Origin: Thermodesulfobacteriota bacterium
GTDB taxonomy: Bacteria; Desulfobacterota; Binatia; Bin18
Length of the DNA: 64,000 bases
Assembly: GCA_964291405.2 (NCBI GenBank)
Contig: OZ219926.1
Coordinates: 3,040,001 to 3,104,000, forward strand
Direction of reading: 5' to 3'
Made by a program: the position numbers and the translations under genes. Of the stretch, positions 18,831 to 28,179 are shown piece after piece. Position 1 is the stretch's first letter. Every line of letters starts with the position of its first letter. The notes under the pieces are model-generated. The model saw nothing but the letters and a program-made list of their open reading frames with translations. It had not been told where the DNA came from and ran no database searches.

Positions 18831-20597
18831 ATGGGTGTTGACGGTTCCGGCCAACTCGCGAGCGTACGCTACCAGCCCGACGAGAAACCGCCGCCAGCAA
18901 TCGCGTTCGGTCTCGGTTTACAGTTCGCCATTCTCATTATTGCCAGAATAGTCGTGATTCCTATGGTTGTGGTACGGGCCGGCGGCGGGACCGAAGCCTA
19001 CCTGTCCTGGGCTCTGTTCGCCGCGGTCTCGATCTGTGGCCTGACCACGGTACTGCAAGCGTTCCGGTTTGGCCGTATCGGTGCAGGCTATGTCGCCGTG
19101 ATGGGTACCTCCCTGGCTGTCGTAGCGGTAAGCATCACGGCGGTGGCCGAGGGCGGCCCGGCGTTGCTCGCGACCCTGGTGGTCGTCGCGTCGCTGGTCC
19201 CGCTGGCGCTTTCCGCACGGCTCTCGCTGTTTCGGCGGCTCCTGACCCCGACCGTTTCGGGGACGGTCATCATGCTGATCCCGGCCACGTTGATGCCAAC
19301 GGTCTTCGGTCTACTGGAGGATGTGCCGGTGGGAACCTCGACTCTGGCCGCTCCGTTGAGCGTCCTCGTGACCATGTTGATCATTACCGGCATCGCGCTC
19401 AGGACAACAGGAGCGCTACGTCTCTGGGCGCCGGTGATCGGTGTAGCCATCGGCTCTTTGGCGGCGGGGTGGTTCGGTCTCTTCAACGTGGACGGTATCG
19501 CCGAGGCTGCGTGGGTCGGCCTTCCGGCAGGCGAATGGCCCGGCTTGGCTCTTGATTTCGGGCCACTTTTTTGGGCGCTTCTTCCCGCCTTCGTACTCGT
19601 GGCGCTGATCGAAAGCGTCCAGACGATCAGCAATGCCGTCGCCGTGCAGCGTGTCTCCTGGCGGCGGCCTCGGGCGGTGGATTTTCGGGCGGTCCAGGGC
19701 GCGGTGACGGCGGCCGGAATCGGCAACCTGCTGTCCGGCTTGGCCGGAACGGTGCCGAACACACTGCTATCGACCGGTGTGGCGGTGATCGAACTCACCG
19801 GGGCGGCGGCCCGCCGCGTCGGGGTTGCCGTTGGCGTTATATTCGTCGCCGTGGCGTTCCTTCCCAAGGCGCTCGCCGTGGTCCTGGCAATACCGGGTCC
19901 GGTCGTCGCGGCCTATCTCGCCGTCTTACAGGCGACGCTCTTTGTGGTCGGCATGAAGGTTATCGTTCAGGACGGAATCGACTATCGCAAGGGGCTGGTC
20001 GTCGGCCTGTCGTTCTGGGTCGGTGTCGGCTTTCAGAATGGCGCGATATTCCCCGAGTTTGCTCAGGCATTCGCCGGAGGCCTGCTGCGGAATGGGGTCA
20101 CGGCAGGCGGTCTTATGGCTATCCTCATGACGTTCTTCATGGAGATGACAAAACCACGCCGCGGCCGGATGGAGACAGGATTTGGTCTTTCCGCGCTGAC
20201 AGAGATTAGGGAGTTTCTTGTCGCGTTCGCGTCTCGTTGCGGCTGGGATAGAGCGATGGTGGAGCGCCTTGAGGCTGTCGGCGAGGAGACGTTGCTGACG
20301 CTGCTCGGGCAAGACGAGGCCGACGAGGAGAAGGAGCAGCGACGGCTCCTCCTGATGGCGCGCAAGGAGGGGGCTGGAGCGGTACTCGAGTTCGTTGCCG
20401 CGACCGGCGAGGACAACCTCCAGGACCGGATGGCACTGCTTGGCGAGCAGGTGGGCGAAATCCCGATCGAGCGGGACGTTTCGCTTCGGCTGTTGCGCCA
20501 CCTCGCGTCTTCGGTCCGTCACGAGCAATATCATGACACCGATATCGTGACTGTCCGTGTGGATGCCCCGGAGAAAATTCCCGGCGGACCGGCCTAA
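18831..20597 (+). CDS. NCS2/SLC23 permease-like protein with C-terminal soluble domain (paralog 2)
   Basis: Collinear paralog of 15168-16919 (YQPDEKPP, QRVSWRRPRAVDFR, SLRLLRHLASSVRHEQYHDTDIVTVRV). Confidence 0.88.
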   Translation: MGVDGSGQLASVRYQPDEKPPPAIAFGLGLQFAILIIARIVVIPMVVVRAGGGTEAYLSWALFAAVSICGLTTVLQAFRFGRIGAGYVAVMGTSLAVVAVSITAVAEGGPALLATLVVVASLVPLALSARLSLFRRLLTPTVSGTVIMLIPATLMPTVFGLLEDVPVGTSTLAAPLSVLVTMLIITGIALRTTGALRLWAPVIGVAIGSLAAGWFGLFNVDGIAEAAWVGLPAGEWPGLALDFGPLFWALLPAFVLVALIESVQTISNAVAVQRVSWRRPRAVDFRAVQGAVTAAGIGNLLSGLAGTVPNTLLSTGVAVIELTGAAARRVGVAVGVIFVAVAFLPKALAVVLAIPGPVVAAYLAVLQATLFVVGMKVIVQDGIDYRKGLVVGLSFWVGVGFQNGAIFPEFAQAFAGGLLRNGVTAGGLMAILMTFFMEMTKPRRGRMETGFGLSALTEIREFLVAFASRCGWDRAMVERLEAVGEETLLTLLGQDEADEEKEQRRLLLMARKEGAGAVLEFVAATGEDNLQDRMALLGEQVGEIPIERDVSLRLLRHLASSVRHEQYHDTDIVTVRVDAPEKIPGGPA

Positions 20598-20680
20598 AGC
20601 GGCCATGAGCCCACACCCGGCCCATAAAGTATTCCCTGGTCTCAGGAAGCGGGAGAGAGCAACGTAAACTCCGCACCGGT

Positions 20681-22570
20681 CTATTGGGATAGGGCTTCGA
20701 GCACTTCCCAGCGTTCGTACGCCTGCGCGAGTTCTCGTTCGATGTCGTCTAAGCGCTGTTGTAATGTCGTGATTTCCGCTCCACCTCTACGGTAGAGTTC
20801 GGAGTCGGACAGCCTGGCGTGTATCTCGGCTTGCTCGTGCTCAAGTGACTCAATATGCTGTGGTAGCGCTTCAAGCTCGCGCTGTTCCTTGTAGCTGCGC
20901 TTGCGCTGTCGTTCCTGGCGTTCTCGTTGGAGGGACGCCGTTTTCGGCTCGGACCTCTGCGGTGTGGTTTCCGTGGGGCGGCGCTGACGCAGCCAGTCAT
21001 CATAGCCACCAATATACTCGTCAATGTGTCCGTCGCCTTCAAAGACGAGGGTGCTGGTGACAACATTATTGAGAAAAGCCCGATCATGGCTCACTAAAAG
21101 GACCGTGCCGGAGTATGCGAGCAAGAGTTCTTCGAGTAGCTCCAAGGTCTCGATGTCGAGGTCGTTGGTTGGCTCGTCTAAGACCAGCACATTCGAAGGT
21201 TGGGCAAACAGACGGGCGAGCAACACCCGGTTCCGCTCTCCACCGGATAAAACGCTGGCCGGACTCCGGGCACGGTCTGGCGAGAACAGAAAGTCTTGCA
21301 GGTAGCTGATAATATGACGATCCTTGCCATTGAACGTGACATGATCGTTTCCCCGTCCTACAATTTCCTGGACTGTTTTGTCGGCCTCAAGCGGCGTACG
21401 GAGTTGATCGAAATAGGCGACTGCCAAATTAGTGCCGTGGTGAACACTTCCCTGTTGGGGCAGGAGTTCGCCTAATAAAAGCTGAAGCAGTGTTGTTTTT
21501 CCTATGCCGTTCGGACCGATAACACCGATCTTATCGCCCCGTAGAATCACCGTGGAAAAATCCTTGATAACGGGCTGGCCCGCATACGCATAGCTGACGT
21601 CTTGCGCCCGAAGCACAAGTTTTCCGGAGCGTTCCGCTTCCTGGACTTGGAAACGGACCGTGCCCGGCTGTGTGCGGCGGTTTCTTCGGATCGTCCGGAG
21701 TTCCTGAAGGGCTTGTACACGGCCCTCATTCCGAGTCCGGCGGGCTTTAATGCCTTGACGAATCCAGGCCTCTTCCTGGGCGAGTTTTTTATCGAACTGG
21801 GCCCAGTGTTGGGCCTCGGTCTCAAGCGCTGCCTGTTTCCGTTCCAGGAAGGTCTCGTAGTCGCACGACCAACTCGTCAGACGCCCCCGATCAAGTTCCA
21901 CAATACGGGTGGCAAGATTTTTGAGCAGCATGCGGTCGTGCGTCACAAAGACGAGGGTCTTGACCTGTTGCAGCAAGAACTCTTCGAGCCAGGTAATAGA
22001 CTCCATGTCGAGGTGGTTGGTCGGTTCGTCGAGCAGCAGGATATCGGGGTCACTCACCAAGGCTTCGGCAAGGAGCACACGACGTTTGAGTCCGCCGGAA
22101 AGCGTGTTGAATACCGCCCGCTCGTCGAGCTTCAACTGACTCAGTGTGTGCTCGACCCGCTGATGAACCAGCCAACCTCCGTTGCTATCTACAGCTTGTT
22201 GCAGACGCTCCAACTGCCGGAGCAGTTTTGGATCATTCTTTTGACTCACTTGGGCACTGACGGTGTGATAGGCCGCCAGAGTTTCACCCAGTTTGCCTAA
22301 GCCCTGGGTCACGCGCTGCAACACCGTCCCAGGCAGAGACAGAGGAATGTCCTGAGGGAGGAAGCTGGCGCGCGTATCCTTAGCGCGGACGAGCTGACCG
22401 GCGTCGGGCCGGACCTTACCCTGAATCACTTTCATCAGGGTAGACTTCCCCGCCCCGTTGCGGCCCAGGATGCCAACCCGCTCCCCCGCTTCGAGTTGCA
22501 AACTCACCCCGTCCAGCAACGGCGGCTCTCCAAAGCTGACCCGGACATCCTGAAGGCTCAGTACTGCCAT
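20681..22570 (-). CDS. uup: ABC-F family ATPase Uup
   Basis: Two ABC domains (GRNGAGKS, GPNGIGKT), EEAWIRQGIKARRTRNEGRV, C-terminal coiled coil. Confidence 0.93.
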   Translation of the reverse strand: MAVLSLQDVRVSFGEPPLLDGVSLQLEAGERVGILGRNGAGKSTLMKVIQGKVRPDAGQLVRAKDTRASFLPQDIPLSLPGTVLQRVTQGLGKLGETLAAYHTVSAQVSQKNDPKLLRQLERLQQAVDSNGGWLVHQRVEHTLSQLKLDERAVFNTLSGGLKRRVLLAEALVSDPDILLLDEPTNHLDMESITWLEEFLLQQVKTLVFVTHDRMLLKNLATRIVELDRGRLTSWSCDYETFLERKQAALETEAQHWAQFDKKLAQEEAWIRQGIKARRTRNEGRVQALQELRTIRRNRRTQPGTVRFQVQEAERSGKLVLRAQDVSYAYAGQPVIKDFSTVILRGDKIGVIGPNGIGKTTLLQLLLGELLPQQGSVHHGTNLAVAYFDQLRTPLEADKTVQEIVGRGNDHVTFNGKDRHIISYLQDFLFSPDRARSPASVLSGGERNRVLLARLFAQPSNVLVLDEPTNDLDIETLELLEELLLAYSGTVLLVSHDRAFLNNVVTSTLVFEGDGHIDEYIGGYDDWLRQRRPTETTPQRSEPKTASLQRERQERQRKRSYKEQRELEALPQHIESLEHEQAEIHARLSDSELYRRGGAEITTLQQRLDDIERELAQAYERWEVLEALSQ

Positions 22571-22747
22571 GTCAGGAGGTTTCTCATATTCGAGGGCGGA
22601 AGGCTATTGCGGTCATGCGCTATGGATGCTCGTGCGAGTGTTGTAAAATGTCCACTTCGACACAATGACAATAGCCTCAGGCTGGCCGCTTTATCTCTAG
22701 CAGGTTTTCGAGTAAACAAAGCGGGCAACGGTGGAAGGAAGGCCATT

Positions 22748-23542
22748 ATGGGACAACTGGAAAACAAAGTCGCTCTCATTACCGGCTCCGGGCGGGGGCA
22801 GGGGCTGGTGGCCGCCAAGCGCTTTGCCTCAGAAGGGGCGAAGATCGTGATCAACGACCTGGACGCGGAGTCTGTTGAGGCTGCGGTTGCCGCGGTCAAA
22901 AACGCTGGTGGCGAAGCTGTTGGGGCCGTCGGAGATGTATCGAAAGCCGCAGACGTGCAAGCTGTTCTGCAAACCGCCCAGGACGCCTTTGGCGGGTTTG
23001 ACATTCTGTATAACAACGCCGGGATCGGCTACTCGGCGACCTCGCGCTTCGGCATTGCCATGAGTGATATCGTCAACTGTACCGAGGATGACTGGCGGCG
23101 CATTATGGATATCAATGTCGGTGGGATTTTTCTATTTTGCAAATACGGGATTCCCCGGCTGATCGAACGCGGAGGCGGGGTCATTATCAACACCGCCTCC
23201 ATTGCCGCTCTGCGCGGGGCTCAGGACGCGCACGCCTACACCGCCAGCAAAGGCGCTATTCTGGCCCTGACCAGGGCGATTGCGGTGACCTATGGCCCTA
23301 AAGGCATCCGTGCCAACACGCTCTGCCCCGGCGTGATCGACACCGAAATGATTCACGATACCTTAATCAGCCAGAAGGGCATCAGCGATCTCCTGGCCCG
23401 CAACACCCCGCTCCAGCGCAACGGCACGCCGGAAGATGTGGCCGATGTGGCGCTCTTCCTGGCGAGCGATCAGTCACGTTTTGTGACGGGTGAGGCGTTT
23501 GCCATCGATGGCGGGATCATCCAGCATCTTGGGTTGGCCTAG
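22748..23542 (+). CDS. SDR family oxidoreductase
   Basis: TGSGRGQG, NNAG, YTASK, RANTLCPG. Confidence 0.93.
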   Translation: MGQLENKVALITGSGRGQGLVAAKRFASEGAKIVINDLDAESVEAAVAAVKNAGGEAVGAVGDVSKAADVQAVLQTAQDAFGGFDILYNNAGIGYSATSRFGIAMSDIVNCTEDDWRRIMDINVGGIFLFCKYGIPRLIERGGGVIINTASIAALRGAQDAHAYTASKGAILALTRAIAVTYGPKGIRANTLCPGVIDTEMIHDTLISQKGISDLLARNTPLQRNGTPEDVADVALFLASDQSRFVTGEAFAIDGGIIQHLGLA

Positions 23543-23567
23543 GCCGAGTATTAAAAAAGGGGAATTT

Positions 23568-24518
23568 ATGGATCAGGAACAACTCGTCAGAGTGTACAAG
23601 AACTCGGTGCTGGCGCGGCGCTTTGAGGCGAAAATCGTCGAGCTGGCCATGGCCGGCGAACTGCCACCCGCGTTGCACGTCGGCGCCGGCCAGGAGGTGG
23701 CGCAGATCGCCGCCATCGAGGCCCTGCGGCCCGACGATTATATCCTGTACGGCCATCGCGGTGTGGCGTATATGGTCGCTCGGGGCGTGAGCCTGGCCGA
23801 TATGCTGGCCGATATGGCCGGCAAGGAGGGCGCGACCAGTCGAGGCAAGGGCGGGGTGATGCACGTCGTGGACGTACCAAAGGGCATTCTGGGTGAGAGC
23901 GGGACTTTGGGCGGTAGCTTCGTTGTCTCGGTTGGCGTGGGCATGGCGCTCAAGCGTAAGCAGCCGGACACGGTCGTGACCTATTTCTTTGGAGATGGGA
24001 CCGCGAACCGGGGCCCGTTCCACGAGGCGCTCAACTGGGCCGCAGTTCAGAAACTGCCCTGTATCTATTTTTGTGAGAATAACGGCCTCGCGATTTCCAT
24101 GCCGACCAGCCGCTCGACCGCCGTCGAGAATATCGCGGACCGGGCCGCAGGCTATAACGTCCCTGGAGTGGTGGTTGACGGGAATGATCCGGTGGCGGTG
24201 TACGAAGTCATGGAACAGGCCGTGGCGCGGGCGCGGGCCGGCTACGGCCCAACGCTGATTGAAGCCAAGGTGACGCGGCTGCAAGGACATTATGTAGCCG
24301 ACCAGCAGGAATACCGGGCCGACATCGACCAAGTAGCGGAAAAAGACCCCTTGCCGAAGCTGCAACAGACCCTGTGTGACCGGGGCATGCTGACACAGTC
24401 GGACGTGGATGACATACAGGCCGCCGCAGACCAACAGATCGAAGCAGCCGTAGCAGTCATGCGCGCGGCCCCGCTGCTTGCACCGGAAGTCGCTCTGCAA
24501 GACGTGTATGCGGAGTGA
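23568..24518 (+). CDS. TPP-dependent 2-oxoacid/acetoin dehydrogenase E1 alpha
   Basis: GQE, HRG, GKGGVMH, GDG...ENN TPP-binding motif. Confidence 0.93.
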   Translation: MDQEQLVRVYKNSVLARRFEAKIVELAMAGELPPALHVGAGQEVAQIAAIEALRPDDYILYGHRGVAYMVARGVSLADMLADMAGKEGATSRGKGGVMHVVDVPKGILGESGTLGGSFVVSVGVGMALKRKQPDTVVTYFFGDGTANRGPFHEALNWAAVQKLPCIYFCENNGLAISMPTSRSTAVENIADRAAGYNVPGVVVDGNDPVAVYEVMEQAVARARAGYGPTLIEAKVTRLQGHYVADQQEYRADIDQVAEKDPLPKLQQTLCDRGMLTQSDVDDIQAAADQQIEAAVAVMRAAPLLAPEVALQDVYAE

Positions 24519-24541
24519 GCAGCCAAGCGGAGTACACAACC

Positions 24542-25513
24542 ATGCCAACACTGACCTACAGTCAGGCGATTAACGATGCGCTCGCCGAAGAAATGCAGCG
24601 CGATGAAAACGTGATTTTGTACGGCCAGGACGTTGCGGTCTGGGGCGGGATTTTCAAAGTCACCGACGGGCTGCTTGAAAAGTTCGGTCCGGATCGTGTG
24701 TTCGATACGCCTATCTCCGAAAGCGTGATGGTCGGCGCCGGTGTGGGTGCGGCTTCGATGGGCTTGCGGCCGGTGGTGGAACTTCAGTTTGCCGATTTTG
24801 TCATTACCGCGGGTGATGAAATTTTCTTTAAGGCTGGCATGTGGCGCTATATGCACGGCGGGGCGCATACGATTCCGCTGGTGGTGCGGGCCCCCTCGGG
24901 CGGCTCGGGCTTTGGGCCCGAGCATTCCGCCTGTCCCGAAGCCTTTATCATGCACGCTCCCGGTCTGTTGTGTGCCGTCCCCTCAACGCCGGAAGATGCC
25001 AAGGGTCTGCTCAAGCAGGCGATTCGACTCGATAACCCGGTCATCTATTTTGAGCACAAACTGCTGTATCAAATGCGGGATGAGGTGGCGGACGGAGAGG
25101 TCTTGACGCCCTTTGGCAAAGCGGTTGTCCGACGCGAGGGCGAAGCCGTGACGATTGTGGCCTGGCAGGACATGCTGCGCCGTTCGCTCGCGGCGGCGGA
25201 ACGGCTGAGCCAGGAGGGCATCGAGGTCGAGATCGTTGACCCGCGTACCCTGAATCCGTTTGATAGAGAAACCATTATCGAGTCGGTCAAAAAGACTGGA
25301 GCTTGTATTGTGGTTGAAGAGGCCTATCGCACGCTCGGGGTTGGGGCGGAGATCGGAGCCCTGCTCGTAGAAGAGGCCCTGCCTTATCTGGACAAACCGC
25401 TCAAGCGCCTGGCCATTCCTGATGTACCGATTCCGACCAGTCAACACCTGGTCGATGCCATCGTTCCTTCGGTGGACGATATTTACCGGGCGGTCAGAGA
25501 ACTCGTTGACTGA
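24542..25513 (+). CDS. 2-oxoacid/acetoin dehydrogenase E1 beta
   Basis: DRVFDTPISES, GLRPVVELQFADF, NPVIYFEHKLLY, VDPRTLNPFD. Confidence 0.94.
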   Translation: MPTLTYSQAINDALAEEMQRDENVILYGQDVAVWGGIFKVTDGLLEKFGPDRVFDTPISESVMVGAGVGAASMGLRPVVELQFADFVITAGDEIFFKAGMWRYMHGGAHTIPLVVRAPSGGSGFGPEHSACPEAFIMHAPGLLCAVPSTPEDAKGLLKQAIRLDNPVIYFEHKLLYQMRDEVADGEVLTPFGKAVVRREGEAVTIVAWQDMLRRSLAAAERLSQEGIEVEIVDPRTLNPFDRETIIESVKKTGACIVVEEAYRTLGVGAEIGALLVEEALPYLDKPLKRLAIPDVPIPTSQHLVDAIVPSVDDIYRAVRELVD

Positions 25514-25520
25514 GGCTGGT

Positions 25521-27140
25521 GTGCAAAATACCAAAGTCGTGATGCCCAAACTCGGCCAGGCCATGACTGAGGGCGTGGTTGTGCGGTGGCACCGCAAAGA
25601 CGGCGAGCGCGTCACTGTCGGCGAGCTGCTCGTCACGGTAGAGACGGACAAAGCCACGTACGATCTTGAGGCGACGGCGAGTGGGACGCTCCACGTCGTG
25701 GTCCAAGAAGGCGAAGAAGTCCCGATTCATACTGTTATTGCCGAAATTGGCGACGCTCCGGTCCAGGCGGGTACCGCGCCCACTCCGTTGCTGGTTGAAC
25801 CGGTTGTCCAACGGCAAAAAGCGTCACGCCCAGGGCGCATCCTCGCCTCGCCAAAGGCCAAACGGCTGGCCGCTGAACGCGGGATCGACCTCTCGGCCCT
25901 GACGCCGTCCTCTGCGGATGGCGTGATTTCCGCGACTGATGTGGAGCGGGCTGCGGAGAGCGCGGTTGTCGATCGACGGCCAGCGGCCTCCGCTCATGTT
26001 GCGCCCCGGCGGACCGAGCACGAACGCCGCGCCCTGACCGGCATACGGAAGGCCGCAGCCCGCCGAGTCCAGGAAGCCTGGCAGACCATTCCGCATATTG
26101 TCCAGATGATCGATGTCGATGCCAGCGCCCTGCAAGCGGTCCGGGAGCGGCTCAGAGCGGATATCTCCGAACTGACGCTCAACGACCTGATTTTATACGC
26201 GGGGGCGCGGGTGCTGGCCGGACTGCCCGACCTCAATGGCACGGTCGAAAACGAAGAGCTTATTCTCTATGACGGTGTGGATATCGGCTTTGCCGTTGAC
26301 TCGCCGCGCGGCCTGCTGGTCCCGGTCATCCGTGGGGCGGACGGCCTTTCCCTCACATCGCTTGTGAAGGAAAGGCAGCGGCTAGTTGAAGCCGCTCGTG
26401 AGGGGCCGTTGCAATCGGCCGATATGGGTCAGGCCAGTCTGACCGTCTCCAACCTCGGCATGTTCGGCATCCGGGCCGGAACACCGGTCATCAATCTGGG
26501 TGAACCCATCCTCGTTTTTGTGGGCACGGTTGAAGAGCGGCCGGTTGTGCGCGGTGGGCAGATTATCGCCTGCCCCATGCTGACGCTCAGCATTGCCTAT
26601 GACCACCGGGTGGCGGACGGGGTGGCGGCGTCCCGGTTGAGTCAGGGTCTGAAAGAGGCGTTGGAGGAACTTGAGTCAACAGTCGAAAGTCAAAAGCCGG
26701 AAGCGTCGCGGTCCCAAGAATCGTTGGGCAAACGGGAAGTCCGTTCGGTGTCGGCCGGTGACCGCTATGCCGTTCAGGTGCGAAGTCACAGTCATGTCTG
26801 GAGCCTTGACGAGTCGGCGAGCGACGGCGGAGATGATACCGGCCCGGATCCGGTAACGGCCTTTCTTGGTGCCCTGCTCTCCTGCATGACGATTGCCTTC
26901 AAAGCGGCTGCCCGACGCCGCAAGATTGCCATTGAACGAATTGAGGGGCATGCCAAAGCACCGCCGAAGGGCCACGTGAAAGAAATAGCCTTAACCCTGG
27001 CGGTATGGAGTGCGGCTTCGGAGCAGGATTTACAGCTCCTCCTCGAACGGGCCAAGCGCGGCTGCTATGTGAGCGGGCTGCTAAGGCCGGATATTCAGCT
27101 TACGGTGGAGTTGGTCAGCCACGCGCCGGACTCTGCCTAG
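25521..27140 (+). CDS. dihydrolipoyl acyltransferase E2 fused to a C-terminal OsmC-like domain
   Basis: Lipoyl domain ETDKAT; PSBD ASPKAKRLAAERGIDL; catalytic DHRVADG; then DE...GGDDTGPDP...GALLSCM...AKRGCYVS, all in one uninterrupted frame. Confidence 0.88.
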   Translation: MQNTKVVMPKLGQAMTEGVVVRWHRKDGERVTVGELLVTVETDKATYDLEATASGTLHVVVQEGEEVPIHTVIAEIGDAPVQAGTAPTPLLVEPVVQRQKASRPGRILASPKAKRLAAERGIDLSALTPSSADGVISATDVERAAESAVVDRRPAASAHVAPRRTEHERRALTGIRKAAARRVQEAWQTIPHIVQMIDVDASALQAVRERLRADISELTLNDLILYAGARVLAGLPDLNGTVENEELILYDGVDIGFAVDSPRGLLVPVIRGADGLSLTSLVKERQRLVEAAREGPLQSADMGQASLTVSNLGMFGIRAGTPVINLGEPILVFVGTVEERPVVRGGQIIACPMLTLSIAYDHRVADGVAASRLSQGLKEALEELESTVESQKPEASRSQESLGKREVRSVSAGDRYAVQVRSHSHVWSLDESASDGGDDTGPDPVTAFLGALLSCMTIAFKAAARRRKIAIERIEGHAKAPPKGHVKEIALTLAVWSAASEQDLQLLLERAKRGCYVSGLLRPDIQLTVELVSHAPDSA

Positions 27141-27141
27141 T

Positions 27142-27180
27142 TCCCTCGCCCCCAAGGGGGAGAGGGGTAAGGTTAGGGAG
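27142..27180. repeat. REP-like hairpin between convergent genes
   Basis: CCCTCGCCCCCAAGGGGGAGAGGG imperfect palindrome. Confidence 0.45.
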
Positions 27181-27216
27181 TCGCAGTAGCGACGCTATCG
27201 AGTTGTCTGGACCTGC

Positions 27217-28152
27217 CTATCCATGCAGGGCGGCTTTCAATGCCGCGGCGGCCGTTTCCAATGCCTGCCCTGCCGGCTCTATGGCCTTGGCCATACCCAT
27301 AAAGCCGTGGATGAGCCCCTCGAAGCAGGTGTATTCGACCGCGACGCCCGCTTCACGTAGCTTGGCCGCGTACGCGGCTCCCTCGTCCCGCAGAGGATCG
27401 TATTCCGCGGTGGCAATAAAAGCCGGCGGCAGGGAGCGGCATTGATCGGCTGAGGCGTGCAGGGGAGATGCCAGCGGGTTTTGTCCATCCGCCCCACTGG
27501 CGAGATAGTGATTCCAGAACCACTCCATCATCTCGGTTGTCAGAAAATAGCCTTCCGCATTGTCCGTGTGCGACGGCAGGTCTACTGCGTGCGCCGTGAC
27601 CGGGTACATGAGGAATTGATAAATCAGAGCTGGCAGGCCACTCTCTTGTGCCTTTAGGGTCACCGCGGCTGCCAGGTTGGCGCCGGCACTCTCACCGCCC
27701 ACCGCCAGCCGAGAGGCGTCTCCGTTCAAGGCGGCTGCGTTGAACGCCACCCACCGTGTCGCAGCGTAGCAGTCATTGACCGCTGCTGGGAATTTGTCTT
27801 CCGGCGCGAGGCGGTAGTCTGCGGAGACCACCACACAGTTGGCAAGATTGGCCAAGGCGCGGCAGGAGGCATCCACCGTGTTCAGACTGCCGACCACCCA
27901 GCCACCCCCGTGAAAATAGACCAATAGGGGAAATGGCCCGTCCCCGGTGGGAGTGTAAACACGGATGGGCTGTTTGCCGGCAACCCCGGGTATCAGTCGG
28001 TCTTCGACCGTACCGACCGGCTCGGGGTCAGCCGTCGCACCCCGCGCGGCTTCCATGGCGGCCCGCGCTTCCTGGGGTGAGAGATGATGTAAGGGTGGGC
28101 CGGCAGCGGCCATCTGTTCGAGGGCTTTTGCAACCTGGGGATGGAGTGGCAT
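27217..28152 (-). CDS. HSL-family esterase (alpha/beta hydrolase)
   Basis: HGGGW, DYRLAPE, GESAG, DPLRDEG, HGF. Confidence 0.94.
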   Translation of the reverse strand: MPLHPQVAKALEQMAAAGPPLHHLSPQEARAAMEAARGATADPEPVGTVEDRLIPGVAGKQPIRVYTPTGDGPFPLLVYFHGGGWVVGSLNTVDASCRALANLANCVVVSADYRLAPEDKFPAAVNDCYAATRWVAFNAAALNGDASRLAVGGESAGANLAAAVTLKAQESGLPALIYQFLMYPVTAHAVDLPSHTDNAEGYFLTTEMMEWFWNHYLASGADGQNPLASPLHASADQCRSLPPAFIATAEYDPLRDEGAAYAAKLREAGVAVEYTCFEGLIHGFMGMAKAIEPAGQALETAAAALKAALHG

Positions 28153-28179
28153 GGCGTTTTCCTTTCATCCGAGTGCACA

